DNA of 63,107 nucleotides, from contig CAZUBG010000002.1 in the NCBI GenBank assembly GCA_964618545.1, positions 8,583 to 71,689 on the forward strand, given 5' to 3'. The stretch is from an uncultured Bifidobacteriaceae bacterium. Its GTDB lineage: Bacteria; Verrucomicrobiota; Verrucomicrobiia; Limisphaerales; UBA11358. Both the position numbers and the translations under genes were made by a program. The notes below the pieces were generated by a model, which saw only the letters and a list, made by a program, of their open reading frames with translations, searched no databases and was not told the DNA's origin. This document shows, one piece after another, positions 45,779-54,177 of the stretch (positions within the stretch are counted from its first letter, which is position 1; every line of letters begins with the position of its first letter).

Positions 45779-46525
45779 TTGAAATTTGGATTTTCCACCC
45801 TTCCGGCCATCTCGATATTGTCCCTCGCCGCCTTCGGCGCTCCGGCGGCGGAGGCTTCCACCGACGCGGATATTCAGGGACATCAGCTCGCCCAACGACT
45901 GTTGGAGCAGCGCCCCACCGAAGATTACACCAACACCGGCGTCCTGCATCTTCATCCCGCCCATGGCCCGCGCGCGGACATCCCCCTGCGCTGTGAAATC
46001 AAAGTCACCGCCACCAACTGGTCCATGATCTACGAAGCCGCCGTCGGCACCGGCGAAGGGGTGGTCATCACCCATGCCGACGCCCGGCCCAACCAGTACC
46101 AGTATCACGCGCAAAACGGGAAAACCGTCACGCTGGCCGGCGATCAACTCATGACGCCGCTGGCCGGCTCCGATTTTTGGATCGCGGACCTGGGCCAGGA
46201 GTTCCTCCACTGGCCGCAGCAGAAACTGCTCAAAAAAGAAGTGAAGCGCAGCCAGGGTTGCAGCGTACTGGAAAGCACCAACCCCCATCCCTCCACCAAC
46301 GGCTATGCGCGGGTGGTCTCGTGGATTGATACGGAGAACCAGGGCTTTGTCCAAGCCTTTGCCTACGATGCCGACGGTCAATTGCTCAAGGAGTTTTACC
46401 CGAAGGACGTCAAAAAAATCAACGGCCAGTGGCAGGTGGGGATGATGGAGATGGACAACGACCAGACCGGCTCCCGCACCCGGCTGGAATTCAACCTCGA
46501 CCCGGCTCCCGATACCGCCCGCTGA
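45779..46525 (+). CDS. Outer-membrane lipoprotein-sorting (LolA-like) protein
   Basis: TTG start gives signal peptide MKFGFSTLPAISILSLAAFGAPAAEA. FAGSDFWIADL, RVVSWID, YDADGQLLK, MEMDNDQTGSRTRL. The ORF-track 5' extension is REP sequence. Confidence 0.75.
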   Translation: MKFGFSTLPAISILSLAAFGAPAAEASTDADIQGHQLAQRLLEQRPTEDYTNTGVLHLHPAHGPRADIPLRCEIKVTATNWSMIYEAAVGTGEGVVITHADARPNQYQYHAQNGKTVTLAGDQLMTPLAGSDFWIADLGQEFLHWPQQKLLKKEVKRSQGCSVLESTNPHPSTNGYARVVSWIDTENQGFVQAFAYDADGQLLKEFYPKDVKKINGQWQVGMMEMDNDQTGSRTRLEFNLDPAPDTAR

Positions 46526-46546
46526 GAGATTGGGGAAATCCCCCCC

Positions 46547-46577
46547 GGTAGGGCGGTTGCTGCCGCGCCGCCCAAAT
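46547..46577. repeat. REP-like element (GGTAGGGCGGTTGCTGCCGCGCCGCCCAAAT)
   Basis: GGGCGG/CCGCCC hairpin of the GTAGGGC-type REP family. Confidence 0.6.
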
Positions 46578-46719
46578 ATGGCCTTTATTCCCCACCACCG
46601 CCTCGATTGATTGACGCCTTTTTTGTGCCAAACTCAAGGGCGTGATTGAAATTCGCCCAGGTTCATCCGGCGTTGCCACACTTGCCCCTCGGTTGGTTCA
46701 TTTGCTACGCTCATCCTCA

Positions 46720-46884
46720 TGCCGATAACCATAAACGAACTGCTGGCCAGCCGTTGCATGCATTCGAGATCCCCCGCTTCTCGAAGCCGCCAAACGTGTT
46801 GTGGAAGTCGCCATCAAGGATTCCGAAGCCGCCGCGCTTGCCCACCTCAGAAAACAAGGGACAACTAACACATATGGAAGATAG
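46720..46884 (+). pseudogene. Possible C-terminal remnant of a restriction-modification specificity-type protein
   Basis: Frame at 46762 reads IRDPPLLEAAKRVVEVAIKDSEAAALAHL, resembling the LLExAKRAVEIAIExxEAAALAYL ending of some HsdS-like proteins (recalled, not searched). No start codon. Confidence 0.35.
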
Positions 46885-47320
46885 AATCCCCATTCCGACG
46901 GATAACATTTTTAAGTTTTACGCCCTGTTTGGGTTGCTGCTTTTTGTCTTTTGTTCCGGCTCAATTATTTATGTATATCACTCAACCAATGAGCTTGTGT
47001 TTCAAGTTGCAATCGAATTGGAAACCATCCAGCAAAATCAAAATCCATCGCCGGTTGACAAGCTAAAGATGGATGTCTTGATGAAACGCCTCGATATTGC
47101 CATCAATGATAGGAAATACGAGTGCATTGTGATTGGATTTTTTCAAGGGGTGTCGGTGCTTCTTATGTTTTACGGATTTCGGAAATGGCATAAAGAAGTG
47201 CAGCCCGTTTAAGACGAAATGGCCAAGCTTCAGCTGGAAAAGCTTCGCCATGAAATCAAACAACTGAGGCATAAGCATTTACCTGCGGACAAACCAGCGC
47301 ATCCAGAAGATTCTAAATGA
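46874..47320 (+). pseudogene. Two-TM membrane protein gene interrupted by an in-frame TAA
   Basis: MEDRIPIPTDNIFKFYALFG...WHKEVQPV*DEMAKLQLEKLRHEIKQL...SK*; TAA at 47210-47212. AT-rich. Confidence 0.65.
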
Positions 47321-47374
47321 AAAGGGGTTCTTCGGCGTATGGAATGGGGAAAGTCTCCGAAAAACAGGCTGCTG

Positions 47375-47446
47375 GTCGCGGAGCGACCGAATGACCATAG
47401 CCCGGCGTTTCAACGCCGGGCTATGGTCGGACAGTCCCCTCCGGGA
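47375..47446 (+). repeat. REP-like element, family shared with 15858-15903
   Basis: GTCGCGGAGCGAC and ATAGCCCGGCGTT-tc-AACGCCGGGCTAT hairpins, then GTCCCCTCCGGGAC. Confidence 0.75.
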
Positions 47447-47628
47447 CAACAAGGTTTGATTGTCGCCCCGCGACCCTCATTACAAACGTCGATGAACCTG
47501 AAAAGGCGATTTTTTGGGATAATAAATTTTCCGTCTCCATTTGTGTCATTCGTAATCTGTGGTTAAACATTGAAAGACGGAAAGCAGAAACATGAGGCTG
47601 GGAAGGCCCATCATCCCCGGACAGTTGA

Positions 47629-47715
47629 TTGCGGCCCTTCAGGCCGCAGGATTGTGGGGGACGCAGCCCCAGCCCGTTGGGCTGGGCTGAGAGATCGCGG
47701 CCCGTTGGGCCGGAA
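47629..47715. repeat. REP-like composite (GCGGCC-cttca-GGCCGC ... CCCAGCCC-gtt-GGGCTGGG ... GGCCCGTTGGGCC)
   Basis: Three stacked short hairpins. Confidence 0.6.
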
Positions 47716-47898
47716 GGCGGCGTTGGCCGTCAAGCCTTTGGCGTGGGTGCGGTCAATCCAGGCCTGGGCGGAAAGGAAAAAGCTGTTCCGCCCCGCCTCA
47801 TTTCAAATTCCCTCGAATTCGAGGGAATTAAAATCCGCGTTGTGAAGGGGTTCCCAAACGCCGAGGAACCGGACGGTATTCGGGTTTGCGATCCGCAT
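47716..47898 (-). pseudogene. KilA-N domain fragment
   Basis: MRIANPNTVRFLGVWEPLHNADFNSLEFEGI*NEAGRNSFFLSAQAWIDRTHAKGLTAN matches the KilA-N core (WMRNxNTIEFLGIWE..NNP.FN..EF.GF..EAG.NSF.LS...WI..T.A.G) across an in-frame TGA at 47803-47805. Confidence 0.7.
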
Positions 47899-47957
47899 TC
47901 CCAGCCCGTTGGAGGATGATTCGTGCAATTCGTGTGATTCGTGGGCCACCCGGCCCC

Positions 47958-48437
47958 TCACCAGAGAAATGATTTTTGTTCGCTGAGCAACTGGTCGCCG
48001 GACCAGAGCGTGGCCCGCCACGCGACCGCCTCGCGAACTTTGATGTAATCGGCCCCGGCCAGTTTGAATGAGGTCCAGTGCCCAAAATAGCCGGGCCGGG
48101 GCTCGGTGGCTTCCACCGTCTTCAACACCGGAGTGCCATCGGGGGCGATGGCCCGCAATTCCACCCGGATTTTAACGCGGGCATCCTTGGGCCCGGCGGC
48201 CTTCCACAGCACATCATACCGGACGGCGGCGATTTCGTTGGTGTGCTCCCGGAGGTACGCCTGATAGGCGTCCCGGTCGAACAGGCTGGGGGACAGCGCC
48301 GCCTGGCCCTTGTGGTTGAGCAGAAACGGCAGCACCTTCACCACCCGGCCGGTGACCGCAGCCGGCTCGTCCGCCCAGGCTTCCCGGGTCAGACACAGGA
48401 AGCCGAGCAGAACCAGAATCGTGAATATCCGTCGCAT
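47958..48437 (-). CDS. Secreted hypothetical protein
   Basis: Signal peptide ending AWA; RVVKVLPFLLNHKG..ALSPSLFDRDAYQAYLR; typical codon usage. Confidence 0.8.
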   Translation of the reverse strand: MRRIFTILVLLGFLCLTREAWADEPAAVTGRVVKVLPFLLNHKGQAALSPSLFDRDAYQAYLREHTNEIAAVRYDVLWKAAGPKDARVKIRVELRAIAPDGTPVLKTVEATEPRPGYFGHWTSFKLAGADYIKVREAVAWRATLWSGDQLLSEQKSFLW

Positions 48438-48650
48438 GGAGGGGATGATAATTTTTGCCGGGGCGAATACAACCTGAAAAGCAAAGCCGGCCGGGAGGAC
48501 CTTCGATGATTTCAGTCACCGAACGCCAGGATGGCCAAAACAAGTGCGGCAAACGCCAGTTTGCCGCTACGACCGCAGACCGGCCGGAATGTCCGGGCTG
48601 ATGTTCCATCTCGCCCGACCCGGCGCCGGCCGGCCGGCCGGGCCACCGCT

Positions 48651-48786
48651 CGTTACCTAGTAACGAAAAACGCCCCTTGCTCACGATTCTCCTTGACAAG
48701 CCCTTAACCCATTGGATGCCAACGACTTGGCAATCTGGCCAACCTGAATCTGCGTCCCCGCCCGTTACTAGGTAACGAAACTGACC
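48651..48786. promoter_or_regulatory. Two CGTTAC-N3-GTAACG palindromes within an element similar to 28703-28777
   Basis: CGTTACctaGTAACGAAA (48651) and CGTTACtagGTAACGAAACTGACC (48763), with TTGACA at 48693 between them. Confidence 0.5.
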
Positions 48787-48801
48787 CGCAAAATATTTTT
48801 T

Positions 48802-49236
48802 TTATGCCGCAGGTTGCGGAAAGATCCGGTACAACAGCAGGTACACCACCACGCCGGTCACGGAGACGTACAGCCACAAGGGCAGCGTCCAGCGCGCAAT
48901 CGCTTTGTGCGCCTCGAACCGCCGCCGCCGCGCCCGGTAAAGGGTCGCCAAAATCAGCGGCACAATCACCACCGCCAGCACGGTGTGCGTCAGCAACAGG
49001 GTCAGATACCAGGGCCGGAACCACGCCGGCTGCACAAAATGCGTGAGGGTTTTGACCGTGACATGGTAGGTCAGATAGCAGCCCAAAAAGAGGACGGACG
49101 TGGTGAAGGCCGCCACCATGCAGTTGCGATGGGCCGTCTTGTTTCCCCGGCGGATGAAGACATACCCGCAGGAAAGAAAAATGGCGCTCAGCCCGTTGAG
49201 GCTGGCATTGACCGCCGGCAGATCGTGGAGGGTCAT
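48802..49236 (-). CDS. DUF420 membrane protein (oxidase-associated)
   Basis: LPAVNASLNGLS...HRNCM...FLGCYLTYH...HKAIARWTLPLWLYVSVTGV. Confidence 0.9.
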   Translation of the reverse strand: MTLHDLPAVNASLNGLSAIFLSCGYVFIRRGNKTAHRNCMVAAFTTSVLFLGCYLTYHVTVKTLTHFVQPAWFRPWYLTLLLTHTVLAVVIVPLILATLYRARRRRFEAHKAIARWTLPLWLYVSVTGVVVYLLLYRIFPQPAA

Positions 49237-49886
49237 GGTTCGATTTCGAGTTCGTGCAGGGAGGACCTGATGCGCGGGGCAACGGCGGCCCAGTCCACCC
49301 CATCGCCGCCGGTTTCAAAGACCCCGCGCAACCGCGCGTGTTTGTCCACCATCACAAACAGGGTGGTGTGAATGAACAAGTCAAATTCGCCGTGACGATC
49401 CGCGGGCTTCACGGGCACGGAGCCGAGTTTCAAACTGTCGCCGCCCAGGCCGGCCACCGCGGCCTTGGTGCCGGTCAGGAAAATCCAGCGGTTCGGGTCG
49501 GCCTGATAATGGGCGGCGTACTGGGCCAGCACGGGCGGCGTGTCAAATTCCGGGTCGGTGGTCAGGGTGACGAGTTTGGCCCGGCTCTCGGGCGGCAGGA
49601 GGTCCTGCAACGACTTCATCTGCTGCGTCATGCGGGGACAGGGGCCGGGACAGCGGGTGAAAATGATGTCGGCCACCCAGACATGATTCGTCAGGTCGGC
49701 CAGGGTGACGGGGTGTCCGGTCTGATTGGTCAGGGTGAAATCGGCGATTTGGCCCAGGACCGGCGGCGGCGGGTGGTTCTGCTTGCGGGCTTCCGCCACC
49801 GCCAGCAGATAACACAATCCCAGCAGGCCGAAGAGCAGTCCGCCCAGCCAGAGCGAACGGGGCAGTTGTCGTGAAGGATCAGTCAT
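49233..49886 (-). CDS. SCO family copper chaperone
   Basis: N-terminal TM, FTRCPGPCP (CxxxC), TTDPEFDTP, IHTTLF. Confidence 0.92.
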   Translation of the reverse strand: MTDPSRQLPRSLWLGGLLFGLLGLCYLLAVAEARKQNHPPPPVLGQIADFTLTNQTGHPVTLADLTNHVWVADIIFTRCPGPCPRMTQQMKSLQDLLPPESRAKLVTLTTDPEFDTPPVLAQYAAHYQADPNRWIFLTGTKAAVAGLGGDSLKLGSVPVKPADRHGEFDLFIHTTLFVMVDKHARLRGVFETGGDGVDWAAVAPRIRSSLHELEIEP

Positions 49887-49967
49887 GATCGTGGTGATAC
49901 GATAGACCGGATGCCCGGACAGATCAACCCCCGCCCTTCCCCGGGCGCCGCGCGGGTTGACGGGGGA

Positions 49968-50735
49968 TTATTCAAAACTCGTGGTCGAGCCGCTCTTGGA
50001 TGCCAGCCATTTGTCATAGTCGGCCTGGCTCTCCACCACCACAAAGCCGCCCGTCATGGCCGCGTGACCGCTGCCGCACAACTGGGCGCATTCGATCTGG
50101 TAGCGGCCGATTTTATTGGGGGTGAAGGAGCAGGGAATGCGCAGGCCGGGAATCGCGTCCTGGGTGATGCGCATGGCCACGAGCTTGAGCGAATGGATCA
50201 CGTCCTTGGAACTCAGGTAGATGATCACCGGCTTGTTCACGGGCACGTGAATCTCATTGAGAATCTGCACGTCGTCCTTGCCATTGGCATCGGCCGGGTC
50301 CACGCCAAAGACGTTGGTCGAGGCCACAAACTTCATGTCCTGCCGGCCGAAAATGCCGTCCGGCCCGGCGTAGCGGGCGTTCCAGGCAAATTGTTGCGCC
50401 ACAACCTGGATGACCGTGGAATCGGCCGCGGCGGGAAACTTCTGCACGTTTTTGGCCCACATCGGGAGGGCGATGACCAGCAACAGCACGGCTTCAATGG
50501 CGACCACGGCGTATTCGACATAATGCGGCACATGGCTTTTGTTCCCCTCGTAATCCGCCCTGGGATTGCGTTTGGCGCTGAAACGCCACACGACATAGCC
50601 AAAGTAGATGATCCAGCCGACGAACAGGGCGAGCATCAGCCAGTGGACATAAACCATGAGGTCATCCACGGCCTTGCCGTTGGTGGAGGCCAGTTCGGGC
50701 AGGCCCAGCATGTTTTTGGCAAACCAACCGGTCAT
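49968..50735 (-). CDS. ctaC: Heme-copper oxidase subunit II (CuA, no cytochrome c domain)
   Basis: Two TMs, AQQFAW, SKDVIHS and CAQLCGSGHAAM CuA ligands. Confidence 0.93.
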   Translation of the reverse strand: MTGWFAKNMLGLPELASTNGKAVDDLMVYVHWLMLALFVGWIIYFGYVVWRFSAKRNPRADYEGNKSHVPHYVEYAVVAIEAVLLLVIALPMWAKNVQKFPAAADSTVIQVVAQQFAWNARYAGPDGIFGRQDMKFVASTNVFGVDPADANGKDDVQILNEIHVPVNKPVIIYLSSKDVIHSLKLVAMRITQDAIPGLRIPCSFTPNKIGRYQIECAQLCGSGHAAMTGGFVVVESQADYDKWLASKSGSTTSFE

Positions 50736-50980
50736 AGTTCCTCCATTTTTTTAACGGCTTCCTGGTGCATCGCCTCGCCCTTGCGGACAATATGCACAAA
50801 CCCCACCAGGAAAACGCTCAGCACGGACAGCACCACGCCCAGCAGGGTGAGGATGCCCCAGTTCATGGCGCTGGCCAGCGGGGAATCCGTTTTGCCGTAA
50901 CAGGCGGCGCAGGCGAACAGCGGGGACGGGGCGGCGGCGGTCAGCAGAACCGTCAGCAGGATGTTTCGGGTCAGTTTCAT
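50732..50980 (-). CDS. Small membrane protein with CxxC motif
   Basis: Signal-like N-terminus, ACAACYG, one TM; overlaps its neighbours in the operon. Confidence 0.7.
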   Translation of the reverse strand: MKLTRNILLTVLLTAAAPSPLFACAACYGKTDSPLASAMNWGILTLLGVVLSVLSVFLVGFVHIVRKGEAMHQEAVKKMEEL

Positions 50981-51162
50981 AGGAAGCTCACTTTCTTTAG
51001 TTTCCGCAAAAAATAAACGCCATAGACAATCACCAAAACGCCGGCGGCCACGCCGACCGCGCCGAACCCCGGATGGCGGTCCACAAAAGCCCAGGCCGCG
51101 CAGCCGAACGACAGCGCCGTCAGCAGGGTCACAAACACGAGATGAAAGCCTTTGAGGGACAT
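50977..51162 (-). CDS. Small two-TM hypothetical protein
   Basis: MSLKGFHLVF...YGVYFLRKLKKVSFL; stop overlaps the next start. Confidence 0.7.
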   Translation of the reverse strand: MSLKGFHLVFVTLLTALSFGCAAWAFVDRHPGFGAVGVAAGVLVIVYGVYFLRKLKKVSFL

Positions 51163-51179
51163 GTTTGGTTGAGGGTTGA

Positions 51180-51494
51180 TCAGTGGGTGGTGCCGACGGG
51201 GAAATCCTGCATGGCCCAGAGGGTCAGGCCCAGCAGGCCGGCGAAAAAAATGACGGTGAAGAGCAGGACCGTGAAAATCATTTTTTTCTCGGTCAGCAAG
51301 TGCATCAAAAAACCGGCCACCAGAAAGGCGTTGACGACGGCCACGGCCAGAATGGCGGCCACCTTGACCGGCCAGCCGCCGATGTGGGAAAACGAGGCGC
51401 TGATCATCATGGCCGTGGTGCAGGCCACGGCGAGGAACACCAGTCCGCAGCGGCGGACGGAGCTTTTCAGATCGGTTGCGGAGGATTCACTCAT
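51180..51494 (-). CDS. Heme-copper oxidase subunit IV family protein
   Basis: Three TMs, NAFLVAGFLMHLLTEKK (xVxxxFMHL motif). Confidence 0.85.
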   Translation of the reverse strand: MSESSATDLKSSVRRCGLVFLAVACTTAMMISASFSHIGGWPVKVAAILAVAVVNAFLVAGFLMHLLTEKKMIFTVLLFTVIFFAGLLGLTLWAMQDFPVGTTH

Positions 51495-51501
51495 AGTTTG
51501 C

Positions 51502-52281
51502 TCAGGTTAAATACAGGACGGGAAAGAGAAAAATCCACACGAGGTCCACAAAATGCCAGAACAGGCCGGAAACCTCGATCCGGTTCGTGAAGCGCTGGCG
51601 ATCCGTTTTCCACATGCGGCTGCCCGGCCCCCACAGATAGCCGATGACCACGCAGCCACCCATAATATGAAGGGCGTGCAAGCCCGTCATGGTGAAATAA
51701 ATGGCGGTGAAGGTGTTGTGCCGCGGGCCGTAGTTTTCCATTTTGAGGATGTTGTCACGCTCCAGACGGACCTCGTTGTCCGGGATGTTTTTCTGGGCGC
51801 GCAGATCGTAGAGAAGCTGCTCCTGATTGCCGTCAATAATCCGCCCATCCAAAACCACTTCCTGGTCGTTCTGTTCCACCAGATGGCCGTCGGCGATGCG
51901 GCCGTCCTTCAAATGAATTTCGTAGTGAATCCATTTGTCGTGGTACTCGTAGGATTTGACGCAGAGGAAGGAGAGGGCGAGCAGCAGGGTGCAGGCATGG
52001 AAAAACTTGAACTTGCGGAACTCGCCCACCTTGCAGGCGACCCAGGCCAGCAGGGTGGTGATGGCGGAAAGCGCCAGGAGCAGGGTGTTGACGGTGCCGA
52101 GCGTGACGCTGAGCCAGCCGTGCGGCCAGAAACCCTCCGGCGCGCCCACCCGCAGCAGGACGTAGGCGGAAAAGAGTCCGCCAAAGAGCATCACTTCCGA
52201 CGCAAGAAACAGCCAGATGCCCAGCTTGGCGTTGTACAGGCCGGTGTCGGGCCGGGCTTCAATGGTGTAGGGTATGTCCAT
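51502..52281 (-). CDS. ctaE: Heme-copper oxidase subunit III (short form)
   Basis: KLGIWLFLASEVMLFGGLF, YFTMTGLHALH, GLFWHFVDLVWIFLFPVLY. Confidence 0.92.
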   Translation of the reverse strand: MDIPYTIEARPDTGLYNAKLGIWLFLASEVMLFGGLFSAYVLLRVGAPEGFWPHGWLSVTLGTVNTLLLALSAITTLLAWVACKVGEFRKFKFFHACTLLLALSFLCVKSYEYHDKWIHYEIHLKDGRIADGHLVEQNDQEVVLDGRIIDGNQEQLLYDLRAQKNIPDNEVRLERDNILKMENYGPRHNTFTAIYFTMTGLHALHIMGGCVVIGYLWGPGSRMWKTDRQRFTNRIEVSGLFWHFVDLVWIFLFPVLYLT

Positions 52282-52289
52282 GAATGGGT

Positions 52290-54176
52290 TCAGTGGGTGA
52301 CCGGCGCCTTTTTGACCACCGGTTCGTTTTGCGGGGAGAAATCCCGGGATTCACCGGGCACGCTGTATTCGTAAGGGCCGCGGGCCACCTGCGGTTCGAT
52401 CTTGAAATTGCCATGCGGCGGCGGGGTGGGGGTCTGCCATTCGAGGGTCGTGGAACCCCAGGGGTTGTCGGAGTTCACTTTTTCGCCGTGTTTGATGCTC
52501 CAGAAGAGATTGATGATGAAGGGGAGCTGGGCCAGGCCCAGGCCGATGGCCGCCCACAAAATGGTGTGGTTCAGTTGAATGATGGAGTCGGGCAGGGTGT
52601 CAATGGCCCCCGGCACGCGGGCGGCGGAGTAATTGGCGCCGCCATCGGACATGCGGCGCAGCATGCCCTTGATGCCCTGCAAAAACATGGGCATGAAGAC
52701 GATGTTCATGAAGGTGAACGAGCACCAGAAATGCACGCGGCCCCAGTATTCATTCATGCGCCGCCCGGTCATTTTGGGAAACCAAAAATAAATCCCCGCA
52801 AACAGCGCGAAAATGGTCCCCGGCGCCACGACGTAATGGAAGTGCGCGATGATGTAATAGGTGTCGTGCAGATACAAATCGCTGGCGGCCAGCCCCAGCG
52901 GCAGGCCGGTCAGCCCGCCAATGCCGAACATCGGCAGAAAGCCCAGCGCAAAGAGCATGGGGGTGTTGAAGCGGATGGAGCCGCCCCACAACGAGATGAA
53001 CAGGCACGTCAAAATGATGACGGAGGGAATGGAGATAATCATCGTCGTCGCCTGGAAGAAGGTGGCGATTCGCTGGCCCATGCCGGTCATGTACATGTGG
53101 TGCGCCCAGACAATGAAGGAGAGGAAGCCGACAAACAAAACGGAATAGACCAGGGATTTATAGCCCCAGATGGGCTTGCGGGTGTTGTTGGCGATGACCT
53201 CGCAGACAATGCCCATGGCCGGCAATATCAACACATAAACTTCCGGATGACCCAGGAACCAGAACAAATGCTGCCACAACAGGGGGCTGCCGCCCCCGCT
53301 GATGTCGGCCAGCCGCCCGCCCACGGCCAGGCCGGTGGGCAGAAAGAAACTGGTGTGCGCGACGTTGTCCATTAATTGCAGCAAACCGGCGGCTTCGAGC
53401 GGCGGAAACGCCAGCAGCAGAATGAAGGCCGTCACAAATTGCGCCCAGACAAAAAACGGCAGCCGCATCCAGGTCATGCCCGGGGCGCGCAACTGGATGA
53501 TGGTGGCGATGAAGTTCACCGCGCCCAGCAGCGAGGAGGTGATGAGCAGGACCATCCCGACCAGCCAGAAGGCCTGGCCGTTGGTGGGGATGGTGGTGGC
53601 CAGCGGGGAATAGGAGGTCCAGCCCGCCTGCGCCGCGCCGCCGGGAATAAAGAAACTGACCAGCATCACCACGCCGCCCAGGAAGAAGGCGTGAAAACTG
53701 GCCATGTTGACGCGGGGAAAGGTCATGTCCGGCGCGCCAATCATGAGCGGCACCACATAATTGCCAAACGCGGCGAAGGCGAGCGGCACCACGCCCAAAA
53801 ACACCATGATCGTCCCGTGCATCGCGCCAAAGGAATTGTAGAGCTCCGGAGAAATCACCCCGCCCGCCGCCGGCTGGCCGAGCACTTTTTCCAGCAGCAG
53901 ACCGATAAACGGCACCGCCTTGCCCGGATTGGCAATCTGCCAGCGCATCAGCAGCATCAGGGAAAACCCAAACAGCATGAACAACAGGGCCACCATGCCG
54001 TATTGAATGCCGATGACCTTGTGATCGGTGGAGAAAACATATTTGCTGAGGAAGGCCGGCTCGTGATGCCCGTGGTGTGCCTCGTGTTCCGCGTGTCCCG
54101 GGTGCCCGTGTTCCGCGTGAACCTCCGGGGCGGGCGGCTCGCGAAACGGCGGAAATTGTTGAACGTTTTCTTCCAT
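52290..54176 (-). CDS. ctaD: Heme-copper oxidase subunit I, A-family
   Basis: AMHGTIM, GAPDMTFPRVN, FWFLGHPEVY, WAHHM, HDTYYIIAHFHY, MLRR. Confidence 0.96.
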   Translation of the reverse strand: MEENVQQFPPFREPPAPEVHAEHGHPGHAEHEAHHGHHEPAFLSKYVFSTDHKVIGIQYGMVALLFMLFGFSLMLLMRWQIANPGKAVPFIGLLLEKVLGQPAAGGVISPELYNSFGAMHGTIMVFLGVVPLAFAAFGNYVVPLMIGAPDMTFPRVNMASFHAFFLGGVVMLVSFFIPGGAAQAGWTSYSPLATTIPTNGQAFWLVGMVLLITSSLLGAVNFIATIIQLRAPGMTWMRLPFFVWAQFVTAFILLLAFPPLEAAGLLQLMDNVAHTSFFLPTGLAVGGRLADISGGGSPLLWQHLFWFLGHPEVYVLILPAMGIVCEVIANNTRKPIWGYKSLVYSVLFVGFLSFIVWAHHMYMTGMGQRIATFFQATTMIISIPSVIILTCLFISLWGGSIRFNTPMLFALGFLPMFGIGGLTGLPLGLAASDLYLHDTYYIIAHFHYVVAPGTIFALFAGIYFWFPKMTGRRMNEYWGRVHFWCSFTFMNIVFMPMFLQGIKGMLRRMSDGGANYSAARVPGAIDTLPDSIIQLNHTILWAAIGLGLAQLPFIINLFWSIKHGEKVNSDNPWGSTTLEWQTPTPPPHGNFKIEPQVARGPYEYSVPGESRDFSPQNEPVVKKAPVTH

Positions 54177-54177
54177 A

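Noticed and set aside
28704-49318. Two 204-aa minus-strand ORFs exactly 20000 bp apart (28704-29318 and 48704-49318)
   Set aside because: They share only the TAA supplied by the shared non-coding element; the rest is antisense or alternative-frame sequence with no similarity. The round offset is coincidence.
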